Source of the DNA: Callorhinchus milii
Lineage: Eukaryota
Direction: 5' to 3'
DNA length: 64,000 nucleotides
NCBI RefSeq assembly: GCF_018977255.1
Contig: NW_024704742.1
Coordinates: 106,828,001 to 106,892,000, forward strand
The position numbers and the translations under genes were made by a program. Positions 51,250 through 63,626 of the stretch are shown here, in pieces; the first letter of the stretch is position 1, and every line of letters begins with the position of its first letter. A model generated the notes under the pieces. It worked only from the letters and a program-made list of their open reading frames with translations, did not search any database and was not told the origin of the DNA.

Positions 51250-54050
51250 GGTGTGGAGGCGCTGACGGGAGTCAATCAGGAGAGCCTCGGTCTTGTTGAC
51301 GTTCAACTGGAGATAATTAGCTCTAATCCAGGACTTGATGTCTCACAGACATTCTGTCAGCACAGCAGTGGTCCTGGAGTCAAGGGTGGAGGCAGAGAGG
51401 TAGAGTTGGGTATCATCCGCATACATGTGGAAGTTGACACCATGTATGCGGATGAGTATGTGCTTATTGAAGAAGAGAGGTCCAAGGACAGAGCCCTCGG
51501 AAACGCTGCACCAAGGCTGTTTCTGTGCTGTGGGCAGCACGGAAACATGATTGGTGGGGTTCATAGAGGGAGTAGCAATGAAGCTGATCATGAAGAGCAA
51601 AATAGCAGCGTGTGGGTGAATTTTTCAGTACACGGAAAGCTGGTGGGGTTTGATCTCTTTGAAGAAGTTGACTGTGAGCGAGCAGGGGGCAGGCAGAGAA
51701 GAATTTGGTTGGATGATGTGATGTATTGGGGGCACGTACAAACATGAGTGGTTAATGCAATCTCCTGGTTTGCAGCATGTGAAAGTAAATGTGGAAATTT
51801 ACCTGTGGATGACATAGTCAAGCAGGAGCATCTATAGATTGAAGAGTAGGGGACTGAGGACAGAGGGACGCAACACGTGACAGTGTGGGGGCTAGAGGAG
51901 AAGTAGTTGGTGGCCATGAATTGCAGACGGTGGGAAAGTAGGAATGGAACCAGGCAAGAACAGAACCATTGAGGTGGAGGTGAGAGGAGGCGATGGAGAA
52001 AAATAGAGGGGTCAACAGTATTGAAAGTGGCGAGAGGTCGAGAAGGATGAGGAGACAGAGAGCGTCCTGGTCCCAGGTAGACAGAATGTCATTTGTCATT
52101 TTGACCACGTGTGTCTCTATGCTGTGAGCAGCATGAAAGCCAGATTGGAGGGGTTCATGGAGGGAATGCTGGGAGAGGAAACAGCAAAGCTGGGAAGCGA
52201 CGACTTATTCCATGAGTCTTTAATAGAAAAGGAAGGTTTGAAATGGGGTGGTAGTTGGAGAGCAGAGATGGATCAACAGAAGGTTTTTTGAGGGTAGGGA
52301 TGATGACGGCTGTCTTTCGGGGAATGGGTACGGTACCAATGGACAGGGAGAGGTTAACGAGGTAGGGGGCCAAGGAGGTGGAGCTGGGAGGTGAAGAGAG
52401 GGGTAGGGATCCCCTTGGGGTCAAAGGAGCAAGTGGTGGGTTTCATAAGGGAAATAATGGAGGTGAGCAAAGAGGGTGAGACAACGTCAGAAGTGTGGCA
52501 GGAGTGATAGGGGGGGATGGAAAGGGAGCAAGAGGTGGGGATGGGGTGCCGGTAGAGAGACAACTTTCTTCAGCTCAACGTGCGTAAAACTGAGGCCCTC
52601 CTGATTGGCTCACGTCAGCACCTCCGCACCTCAGGCGCTGACAGCATCAGCATCCAAGGCTGCACTCTCCACCTCTCAAAGCCAGTCAGGAACCTCGGGG
52701 TTCTGTTCGACCCTGAGCTGTCCTTTCTTCCTCATATCCGCACCACAACAGGCACCGCCTTCCATTACCTCCGGAATATCGCCAGACTACGGCACTACCT
52801 CACCCCTCACGCTGCTGAAACTCTGGTCCACGCCTTTATCACCTCAAGGCTGGACTATGGGAACTCTCTCCTCGCCGGCCTTCCCGGCACCTCCTTCCAC
52901 AAGCTGCAGATCAGTCAGAACTCTGCAGCTCGTGTACTGTCCCGCACCAGACTTCGCGACCACATCACTCCCACCCTCGCTCGCCTCCACTGGCTCCCCA
53001 TCCCCCAGAGGATCGAATTCAAGATCCTCATCCTCACCTACAAGGCCATTCATGGCCTCGCTCCCTCCTACCTCTCTGACCTACTATCCCCCTACCTACC
53101 TGCCCGTATCCTCCGTTCCTCTGGCTCCGGTCTGCTCCAAATCCCCCGCCCCAACCGCCCTACCATCGGTGGCCGGGCTTTCAGCCTCTCAGCCCCGAGG
53201 CTCTGGAACTCTATCCCCCAGTGCCTTCGCCGCCTCCTCCCTTTCCTCCTTCAAGGCCGGTCTCAAGACCTTTCTCTTTGACCGTGCCTTCAGCTCCCCT
53301 GTCGACTCTCTACCCCCTCCTCACTCCCTCCCTTCCCTCCCCTCACCCTGACCATTTCCCCCCTGCTCAGGTCCTGACCCAACTGTCCAGCGCCTTGGGA
53401 CGTCATCCCGACGTGAAAGGCGCTCTATAAATGGAATCTTGTTGTTGTTGTAGAGGGGCTAGAGGGGGCAGAGTGGATCCCCTTGACTTTGGAGAAATCC
53501 ATCATCTCCTCACATTTGGTGTTGGAGTAGAGGATGGCAGAGGCATGGGAGAGTGGACGGAGGAGTTGGTTTATGGTAGAAAAGAGGAGCCTGGGGTTGT
53601 CCTGAGCTTCCAAGATGATTTGGGAATAAAAGGATGACTTAGCTGAGGCCAGGATTTTTAAGGAGAGATTGGAGGGATGGTAAAGAGTGAGGTGTTCAAA
53701 TGAGGGGAAGGCTCCAGAGGAGTAAGGGAGAATAGACCCAGTGAGGACCTGGAGATGAGGGCTATACCACCGCCACGACGGTTGGGTCGCGGAGCATGAT
53801 GGAAGGTATAGGCCAGGTGGCGTGGCCTCAATAAGGGGGAAGATGTCGCCTTGAGTGATCCAGGTTTTAGTGAGAGCAAGGATGTCGATTTGTTCGTACA
53901 CAATTGGTTTGTGGACAGTGAGGCTTTATTGGATAGGGAGTGTACATTTTGAAGGCCTATGCAGAGGGGACAGACAGCAGAGGAGTTTGCAGGATGCGGG
54001 GATTTATACCTAGATTTCCTTACAAGAAAGATTGGCAGGAAGGGTGGGAA
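51250..54050 (-). mobile_element. Old, long L2 LINE (endonuclease through RT), rearranged and interrupted by a younger L2
   Basis: IDILALTKTW and RRGGGIAL endonuclease motifs (53450-53950); MKPTTCSFDP, HPISNLPFL and [14 protein letters not shown] motifs (51250-52550). Confidence 0.88.
52558..53450 (+). mobile_element. Young 5'-truncated L2 LINE nested in the older antisense L2
   Basis: 233-aa open frame of the ORF2 C-terminus and intact (ttg)n tail; flanked by gtagag on both sides (52552-52557 and 53450-53455), a possible TSD. Confidence 0.93.
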
Positions 54051-54509
54051 CGTGAATGAGAGAGAAAAGGTTCATTCCCAGGTGTTGGAACCGATGGGGC
54101 TTGCGGTGAAAATGGAGGATGGGACAGTCAGAGTGACTGCTGTTGGACAAGATGTACAACAACATGCTGGCTCCTCAGCCCTAGTTGTTACTGTCCAGTG
54201 CCATCTTGACCACTCACTTCTCCTCAATTGGCTACATCCTTTAAGATCAGAAGCCAATTTTATTTGCCTCATTTTATAATATTGTGCACCTCTTCAACAT
54301 CATTTACAAATAGGTTCAACAAAAGTATATCCCCACAGAAGGCTCAGTAGTGCCTCCACATCACCTCCCACCCACTCCCCTTCCCGGTTTTTACCATCTA
54401 TTGTTACCTTCTGCTTTCTATTGCTAAACCATTTTTCAATCCAATTAGCTAATCTGCCATTAATTCCTTAAACCTTATGCATTCTGGATGCATTCTGCTT
54501 GCCTAATTC

Positions 54510-55085
54510 CTAGAGGAATAGAGTATGAACATAGTCAAATGATGTTAAACATATATAAAACCTTGGCTAGACCACATTTGGAATACTGTGTGCGATTATG
54601 GTTATCATAGGAAGGGCATTATATCAATTGGAGAGAGTGTATCATAGATTTATTCGGACGTTACTATGGATGACTAGATACAGCCATCAATAATGTTTGG
54701 ACAGGTTAGAGCTTCTCACTCTGGAAATGAAATAATTGAAGAGACATGTTAGAGATATTGAAAATTATGAAAGGATTCAATAAAGTGGATATTAATAGGA
54801 TTTTTCTACTTGTTGGCAAATCCAAAACAAAGGCATACATGTAAGATAGGCGGTATCTGATATAAAAAGGAGTTTAGGAAGAACTTCTTTACGCAGAGGT
54901 TGATGAAAATGTGGAACTCACTGTGGTTTAAGCAGAAATGTACTTAAGAGGAAACTTGATGCATACATGAAGGAGAAGGGAATAAAGGGTTTTGAAAAAG
55001 GGGATTAGGAATGGTGGAGGCTCACGTGGAGTATAAGCAACAGATTGTGTATTTTTGCAGTTGAGCTGTGACATTCTATGTAATT
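54510..55085 (+). mobile_element. CR1 LINE fragment, decayed
   Basis: Diverged match to 14630-15250 (tataaaaccttggctagaccacatttggaatactgtgtg). Confidence 0.8.
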
Positions 55086-56351
55086 TTAAATAATTGCTCA
55101 AGTATTTTTCTCAGTCCATGGTTTTCAGTTTCTGTTTGGCACTGTTTTAGAGTTTTTCCAGATACAGCTCATGTATTAATTGACCTCCTAAAATAATCCC
55201 AAGACTCTTTGCCCATTTTTTGTCTTTGGCTTCACAAAAATCTGTCCAAAAATCACACGAATATGTGATTATGGGTTTGCTATTTTTATACAAACATTTT
55301 GTCGCCACACTGTCTTTATACCTAGATTTCCTTACTTTCTTTCTTCCCTTCTCTAATTCCACCATCCATTTTGTTGGCGAAAGGTAGTTTGGAAATTATT
55401 TGCCTATGAAACAATCAGATTTATTCTGTAAAATCAAAAAAAGCAAGGGCTGCTACAGGACAAATTACTTTGCCTCAGATAATAATAATTTTTGCATTTG
55501 ATATAGCGGCTTATTACGTCGTTGAGAAGTCTCAAAATGCTTCACAGAATATACTGTGAGTATGTATTTTGTGGACTATGATATCTGGTTGAGCATGAAC
55601 AACAAAACTCATTCATGACATAGGAAGGGTTAAAGATAAACAAATATGCAAAATAAGTTTCTCATCTCACCAATGAAGGACATTATTTTACATGTTCCTT
55701 CAAATAGGGCAAATTCTAACAATCACCAGCTTTAAAATATATGTCACAGCATTTATTTGTTTGCTGTCTCTTCCAGTTTGTTTCTAATTTCTAATTGTAT
55801 TTAACTGTGCTTTGAACTTCACTTTTTCTCCTATCTTTGAAAATCTGAAATGAAGCTCGCTAGCTCAGAAGAGGTTAATCAGCCTCAAAAAAGAAAAGCT
55901 GGGAGGGTGCTGGTGTGCAATTTTGCCTTTCACAACCTGTTAATCCAGGAGCTGCCTCTTATATATGCATTTAGTGGACTGATATTTCTGACTTCCTAAT
56001 GCATTTACTTTCTCTGTCTGAAACATTTTAAAACAGGGATGAGAAAATAAACACAAAATAATGTTTCCATATATGCCAAGACAGCAAAACAAGAGAGCAC
56101 AGGTTCAGTTCAGGTTTGGGCAACTGAGGATAGAAAGCAGGAAGTATTACTTTACCTTCAGAGGTAATGACTGGAACAGGTTTCCTACCGACAAAGGAGT
56201 CGAGTCAGAAAACTTGCTCATTTGATAAACAAGTTGATGGTGTGATGGGAGGATGGTAAGTGAGGTGGGTGTTTTTGAAGGATGAAATGCCTTTTTTATC
56301 TGAATCTGCTTTGCAATAGTCCTACTTGCCTGCCTTAATCCTGTATTAGTG

Positions 56352-56975
56352 CCAACCTCAGTTGAAGCATTCTCACCTATGAGTCAGAAGACTGTCGGTT
56401 GAATATCACATTGGGACTTTGAACTCACATCATCTTAACTGACACTCCAATATATTTTGAGAAGTATGCTGCATTTTGAGAAGTACAGTCCTTTGGATGA
56501 GGTGTTACCATTTTTCTGATAACCTGTTCTAATCATTAATTCCACTGAGGGTAAAGTAATACTTCCTGCTTTCTGTCCTCAGTTGTCCATACCCTGAACC
56601 TGTGCTCTCTTGCTTTGGTTTCTGGGCATATCTGGAAGCATTGTTCTAGGTTTATTTTCTCACTTGTGTTTAAACCTAGGTCTAATTTGCCTGTTCAAGT
56701 CGGCTTTAAAAATCACTATTCAAAAAGATAAGGGAGTTTCTCCGGGTTTCCTGGCCAACAATCCCCTAAATAAAAATGGTCATTCATGGCTGTTTGTGGG
56801 ACACCCCTGTATGCAAATTGGCTGCCACATAGCAGCCACAAATTGGCTGCCACATTGATTGCCACATACACAGTCACTACACTTTACAGTGAATCCTATG
56901 AAGCACTTTGAGAAGTCTTCCAGAGGTGAAAGATGCTACATCAAATGTAAGGATTATTTTTACTTATTATTATTA
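56352..56975 (+). mobile_element. Deu-domain SINE interrupted by an inverted CR1-like insert (56508-56665)
   Basis: Head and core up to ggatgaggtgtta; resumes at taaacctagg...ctggccaacaatcccc and ends in an (att)n tail. Confidence 0.7.
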
Positions 56976-57797
56976 TAGGAGCTGCTTCAACCCAACCATT
57001 TTCAATTCAGATGGAAGAATATCTCAACATCAACCCATCTTTCTCTTTCAGATGCTAATCAAACTGTGCACACTTCTAGAATTTTCTGGGTTTATTTCAT
57101 TTTATAACACAAATAGGTTCACCCACATTTAATCAGTTTTTCCTTCCCACTTTTGCTAAGCTCAGTAAAGTAATGAATGCTATCCGCAAATATGAGTCAT
57201 CCTCTTCTGCAGAGCAACTCCCATTAAGTCGTACAATTCTGCCCATGTTGCTGCAGTCTCTCAAGGTTTAGGTATAATTTGCAATTGCTATTTCTAAAGC
57301 CTCCTGATTGTCTTGAGTTTATGAAAACTAACTAGTTAGAAGATTCATGGAATACACAGTTTTGTAAAATATGGCTATAGCAACCTGCAAACTTGTGCAA
57401 AAAATAGATAAAGGTAAGCAAACTAATCCTATAGCAGCAACTTTCTCGATACAGTAAACAAAGGATAATATTTAGAATCCATCTCGTTTTGCAGCATTTC
57501 TCCATTACAATATTTTGGACAACTGGACTCAATACCAATTCCATTCTGAGAACAACAGATCACTGGCCAATTGCCAAAAAAACTCTCAATGTCTTCTATA
57601 CTGTATTTAGATACTGGTTTGATGAAGTTTTTTTTAAAAACAAGTAATTATATTAAGACAAATTTATTTCACAATGAAATCCACAATATAAATTCGAAAC
57701 AGAAAAGGGTAGAGGTATTTCAACACATTACAATTATCTAACTGTGTGCATAATTGAGATCTTATATATAACAGATATATTGTTATTCAGTACCTAC

Positions 57798-57912
57798 CAC
57801 TACTGGTGTTACCCCAGGCATCCGAACGTCAAGGTTAAAAGAATTGTGGGAAATCACTGGATGTCTGTTTCTGGGACAATCAGAGGGATATGCCCATGCA
57901 CTTTGCCGATAT
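57798..57912 (-). CDS. PAM: PAM coding exon 2 (YRQSAWAYPSDCPRNRHPVISHNSFNLDVRMPGVTPVV)
   Basis: tttttgtctag| acceptor, GTG|gtaggt donor; 115 nt, phase 2 to 0; LDxRMPGVTP motif of PHM. Confidence 0.95.
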
Positions 57913-58292
57913 CTAGACAAAAACAACCCCAAAAAAATCAATCCATTTCTGCATTTTCCCCCTACAAAATCACAATTGAAAAGCATGCAGAAAAGAGGAC
58001 AAGTAATCAAGAAAAAGTGATTGCAATCAAAGATTTTCCATCTGATAACAGAAGCGTGTGAGAAAACCAAAAGTTGTTAAGATGACTTGCATCATAATTC
58101 TTACTCCAAGTTCTCTTAAAATTGTAAATCTGTAAATAATTGTTGGACCACATATTTTACGTATCTTTACAATAAGCAAAAAGCATAGGGAAATAGCTCA
58201 TCAGAGGTTGTCTGAAATTTTGCATGCAACCGAACACAGTAAAAATGTGATATAAACATACTAAAAACGTGAAGACACAATTTGATACATAC

Positions 58293-58384
58293 CTCTTTAA
58301 GAGAGAGAGTGTACTTTCATGACCCATACAGTTATTCTGAAGGATCAGAAAGACTAACACCAATTTGTTAATGAGACCAGCCAT
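58293..58384 (-). CDS. PAM: PAM coding exon 1: signal peptide and pro-peptide (MAGLINKLVLVFLILQNNCMGHESTLSLLKR)
   Basis: ATG in strong context (gtggacATGG), hydrophobic signal-like stretch, dibasic KR, donor AG|gtatgt; 92 nt, ends phase 2. Resembles the vertebrate PAM N-terminus (MAG...LSVFKR). Confidence 0.93.
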
Positions 58385-58745
58385 GTCCACATTTGCTCTT
58401 TCTGTCCAGATCTTGGGTGAGAAGCAGTGCAGCTCTATAAGATGTAAACCTGAGAATTATTCAGCAGCATTGAATTCAGAGCTGGATTATCATCAGCACT
58501 GCAGACATAGCAATTGCCAGTCCATCAGTGAGAAAGGTGACGCACTGTAAATCAGCCAGCCGTATGAATCTCAACAGTTCTTCATTCTTGGTGTGGCCAG
58601 TTGCAAACCAGTGACAAAATAAATCTGAGTTTTCCCAGTGGGTCTGCCCCGATTTAAACACTCAGCTTCAGACCATCATTCTCCTCACAGCACAATCTCT
58701 GATTGGCAACCTGCAGTTCAGCATCAGTCTTCATTCTGAAGGAAC
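58385..58745 (-). other. PAM: Probable 5'UTR portion of the first coding exon of PAM
   Basis: Strong acceptor tgtttttcttttcgcag|GTTCC at 58746/58745. Weaker alternative acceptors lie nearer the ATG (e.g. ttctcag| at 58450), so the boundary is uncertain. Confidence 0.6.
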
Positions 58746-60824
58746 CTGCGAAAAGAAAAACAGATAGCCTATGACTAATGCATTACAGCATTAGACCTCA
58801 GCAAATCCCCATTGAGGATCTTTATTACATTTAGGATTTTATTTTCAGAAGCTGCAGCTCAGTCCCGGTTCGTGCTTAACGTGATCTGATGGCTCTCATT
58901 CTGACCAGTCTTTTGATGCGAGTGACAACAACCACTGAATGTCACCAGAGTCCTTTCAAACAACATCCAATCTAATGGCAAAGATAACAGCTCACTATGC
59001 CTGCAGAAATTGCACAGTGATCTAGAAAGATCACTGTACAAATGGCATTTCTCAACCAATTCCTCATCAATTTGTTCAGGCTTTCACTGACATAAAACTG
59101 AGACTGGGCAAGATGTCAGAACACTTCTCATTCTGCACAATGCTGATTGCAGCACAAGTTCAATGCCTGTAACCTGCAGTGTCCAGTGCTTAAAGCAAAG
59201 CATTTACAAGAGAACTGCGCGTTTCATTCCCATTTTAGAAAACCATCATTAGTCGAGACAATAATTCTTAACTAGACAGCTGCAACACCCACGCCTCTCT
59301 CTCCCATAATTATTTTATTTAAATGCCACCTTCTCGATTTTCATAAGACCAAAACAAACTTAAAAAGCAAAGCTTATAACATCCTGTCTGACGCCAAAGG
59401 AATATTAATTCTAGACTTCAAAGTCTTGTTTCAGAATTCACTTGTTTCACAAACACCAAGGTTTTCCACATACAAATCCAGAGCTTTCAACAGCAGGGAA
59501 ATGTTGGGATGGATGTTTATAATTCGCAAAAAGTGACAAAGATTGGAAACCCATTGAAAGAAATGGAGGTATAGTTTTTTTTTAAAACAGCGACTTGCAT
59601 CAGAAACATTAGTGTAAAACCAAAATGAATGACACCTGGCAGATCTGGAAGTTGAACTATAATTTAAACATTTATGAGCAGTGTGTTTCTGAGACCTTCA
59701 AAACTGAAATGATTGACCATATGTAAACTGAATTAAGCACTTTGGTACTGAAGGTAAGCAATCAAAAATCAATTAGATTGCATGTTTCTAGCTCAGTTGC
59801 TAGCACTCTTGCCTTCGAGTCAGATGTTTGTGGGTTCAAGATCCACACTGGGACATTGAGCTGACACTACAATGTATTGCTAGAGGGAGCAGGGAATGAT
59901 TGCTGCATTGCCAGTGATATTGTTCTTTGGATGAAATGTTAAGCAGGGGGTCCCATATGGTCTTTAAATAATAAACAGGCCTAGCGTGTTGTAATGATAC
60001 TTGAAACAACCCATCATTCAGTGCTGATCAACCCGTTCTCCTTTTCCAGTAATTTAATTTCAGATTTCCGACATTCTTAGCAGTGTGTTTCTGAGACCTT
60101 CAAAACTGAAATGATTGACCATATGTAAACTGAATTAAGCACTTTGGTACTGAAGGTAAGCAATTAAAAATCAATTAGATTGCATGTTTCAGATGTTAGC
60201 CTAGCTCAGTTGCTAGCACTCTTGCCTTTATTTTTCACCAAATTCATAATGTGCAGGTTTTAAAAATCATCTTTTTACTTAAAAAAAATCTTTGATAAGA
60301 ATGAGGTATAACAGCTGATAGCTGGCAGGATAGGAATCTTTCCAAGAGAAGCAGGGACGTGACCCTATGAATGGAGGAATGAAATCCAATCAGTGTGTGA
60401 AATGGACTCTTCACACAGTTAGGATGGTAGAATTTCAGATTTAGTCATCTTTAACATAAGTCCACTTATTGCGCAGACAATGTGTGCAATGCGAAGAGAA
60501 CTACTTCTGGGGTTGGGGAACAAGGGTGAACCACACTCAGGGCACTTGGCTCACTGCAGTCACTTTATGCAGAGCACTTTATGTTGTCCCTTCACCTTGC
60601 CCTCTCCTCTTTTAGATCATGATTGAAGACCCTCCTCTTCGACTGTGTGTACAGTCACCTGCTCCCACTCCCCGGCTCGGCGTCAGGCTCCGACACTGTT
60701 AAGCGCTCGGAGATGCTGCCCCACATGAAGGGCGCTATATAAATGCTATTGTTGTTGTCCTCACTAGTTTTAGGCTAGGGACAGAGAGGGAGAAAATATT
60801 TGTACTAAATTTGATCACTATCAC

Positions 60825-61187
60825 TGGTCCTGTAACTCAGTGGTTAGGGCACTCTCCTTGCAAGTGAGAGACCTGGGTTTGATTCCCGGCAGGGCGAAAC
60901 CTTGGGCAAGTTTCCTTACTCCACACCCCTCTGTTTACCTAGGAGTAAATAGGAACCCATTTGATTGGCCGACCGCTTTTCTGGGGGTAATAATTCCTTC
61001 AAAAAAATTATAATAATTTGATCACTTCAATCCACGACTGTTTGTGGGACACTGCTGTGCGCAATTGGCCACAGCGTTTCGTCCACAAATATACAGTCAT
61101 TTCATTTTACAATATATTCTGTGAAGCGCTTTGAGAAGTCTAGAAGACATAAAAAGAGCTATATCAAATGCAAAGATTATTATTATT
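60825..61187 (+). mobile_element. Full-length tRNA-derived SINE, long form with about 57 extra bp (60931-60987)
   Basis: Same head and tail as the short copies, plus ctgtttacctaggagtaaatagg...cgcttttctggggg. Confidence 0.9.
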
Positions 61188-62547
61188 TATCCAACAATAC
61201 TGGGCACTGATACCATTTGTACTGCTGACCGTTCACTAAACTTTGCTCTTTTGTCTGAAAATTAATTTAAAACATCATTCATTAAGCAATAAAGTGAATG
61301 TCCTGGAAAATCTCAAAGAATTAAATATCTACAAGGCAAGTGAGCCAGATGGCATCTGCCCTTGAATTCTTAAGGGAATGAAAGAGGAAATGATAAGAAG
61401 CCTGTTTTTTTTTTAGCAGCACCATACCACTGGAGCTGTACTTGAGGAATGGAACAGAGCAAATATTACCCCACACAATTTTAACAAAAAGGAGAGAGAG
61501 ACATGAACCTGGAAGGTATAGACCTATTAGTCCACTTTCCTACATTCTCTAATGGTCTCCTTCCCAGCTCAAACCAATATAAACTGCAGATCATCCAAAC
61601 CTCTGCAATCTATATCCTTTTCTTTACCAAGCTCCATGAAACCATCATCACCATTCTCACCAGGCTCCACCGACTCCTTATTCCTCAGACCATTCACTGG
61701 AGGCAGGAAGTCCTCCCATTCAGCTCCTGTTAACCCCGGGAAGAGAGCTGCACATTCCATTCCAATAAATATCTCTGGAAGTTCCATGTGTAGATGGGAT
61801 ACTCTGAAGCATGGTGAAGGGTTTCCGCATGTGTTAGATGGGCTGACCCTCAAAAAATCCTCAGCAAAAAAAATTCAGGAGAACCATTCCCACCAGAAAA
61901 CATAAACCATTATTACAGATAATACATTGAACTGTGTGGGCTATTATTATTATTCATAACAACTCACAATCCTTGTATTTGATATAGCTGCTTATCACGT
62001 CATTAACATGTCTCAAAGCGCTTCACAGGATATAGTGTGAAAAGGCTTGACTATGTATTTTGTGGGTTAGTATTAATCTTTCCCTACAAACTCTTCCCAC
62101 TGGGGTACAGTTCTATTTTGCAATGTTCAAATACAGTGAGTATAGTTTATTAATAATCTTAAATTTAACCTTAAGCCGTATTAATCTCAAGTAACCACAT
62201 TGCTGTCACCCTGCATATCTCGCACTATACATGCAAACTTTCTTCCCTTTTTTTTTACAAACTCTCCCATGACCTATCACTTTTTTTATATAAATAAAAC
62301 AGAAAAGTCACAAAGCTGAAGTCTCCTACAATGAAGGAGCATTAATTTTTCAATAAGGGACAACATACTTGTGAAATTAAATGATTGGGCACGGTGATAC
62401 ACAAAGGGCTGAAAACAACAACAACAACTTGGATTTATATAGCGCCCTCCACGCCGAAAACAATAAACCAGTTACACAGAATTTTGAGAAGTGAAGCAGG
62501 ACGGAACCCCACATCATTGCACAGACGACCTAATCCACTCACTACAT

Positions 62548-62983
62548 TACATACTAATCACTGATATTATGGCGTTCAACCAAATACGTGTATCGCAACA
62601 TGTATCGACCGGTTGCATTGAATCGCGGGAAGTGGCATAAGTCGTATCAGTCGTGGGCTGATAATGACTTGCACAAAGTCCGAGTTGTAGGCAAACTGTA
62701 TACATCGTACAAAATCCAATTAAATCAATATTCTACAGTGCGCATGAGTAAATTCAGTGTAGCCAGTAAACGCCACGTGATAGTTTGTCACTTTAGTCGT
62801 TAAAGTGCCATGCAATGATGGGTCAAGACTTTGTTGCCCGCGATTCAATGCAACTGGCCAATAAGCGTGCGTGCGTCGACTGGTCAGGCATCATTTCACA
62901 TGATTCAATGCAGCCGGTAAGTGTAGGAGTAATGGACGATAGGGGAGTGGCGTTATGAGTTAAGAGGTCATTAATACGGCTAG
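62548..62983 (+). mobile_element. Putative non-autonomous Helitron-like element, CpG-rich
   Basis: Starts tacatactaat, ends ggCTAG|T; internal 21-bp inverted repeat; about 25 CpGs in 435 bp. Confidence 0.45.
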
Positions 62984-63019
62984 TACAAATAAATCTGAAT
63001 GGATTTGATAGCAAACTAT

Positions 63020-63450
63020 TGCCCGACTCTGCCACCGCTTCACCACTCAGGCCGCCGAAACCCTCATAGATGTATTCATTACAACCAGGCTCGACTACAC
63101 TAACGCCCATGCCTCAGAGGATTGAGTTCACAATTCTCATTCTCACCTTCAAAGCCCTCCATGGGCTCAGCCCTTCTACCTCTCTGGCCTGCTAACCCTT
63201 AATCAACCTATCCGCTCCCTCCGCTCAGCAGCCTCCGGCCTGCTCCATGTCCCCCGCCCGGCCTGCCTCACCATTAGTGGTCGGGCCTTCAGCCTCTCTG
63301 CCCCCACCTTCTGGAATTCCATCCCACATTTCCTCCACCTCGCTCCCTCACGTGCCTCCTTCAAGGCACGCCTCAAGAACCTCCTCTTCAACTGTGCCTT
63401 CAAACATTCCCCTACCCTTCCAGCCCTCCACCCTCCCTGATCCCAAACCA
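63020..63450 (+). mobile_element. L2 LINE 3' fragment with internal deletions
   Basis: Similar to 37340-37870. Confidence 0.8.
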
Positions 63451-63626
63451 CCCCCTTGCATGGTCATGTATGAGGGAGTGTCATGGGCATATTTGTTTGG
63501 AGATCTCCTATAGTTGATGAGCTATATTAAAAAATGCTTTAATTAAGCCCCAAAGTATGAGGTATGCATGGCATTCTGCAACAACGTAGCGACAGAGGAG
63601 ATCACACACCCTTCTAGAGAGATACA

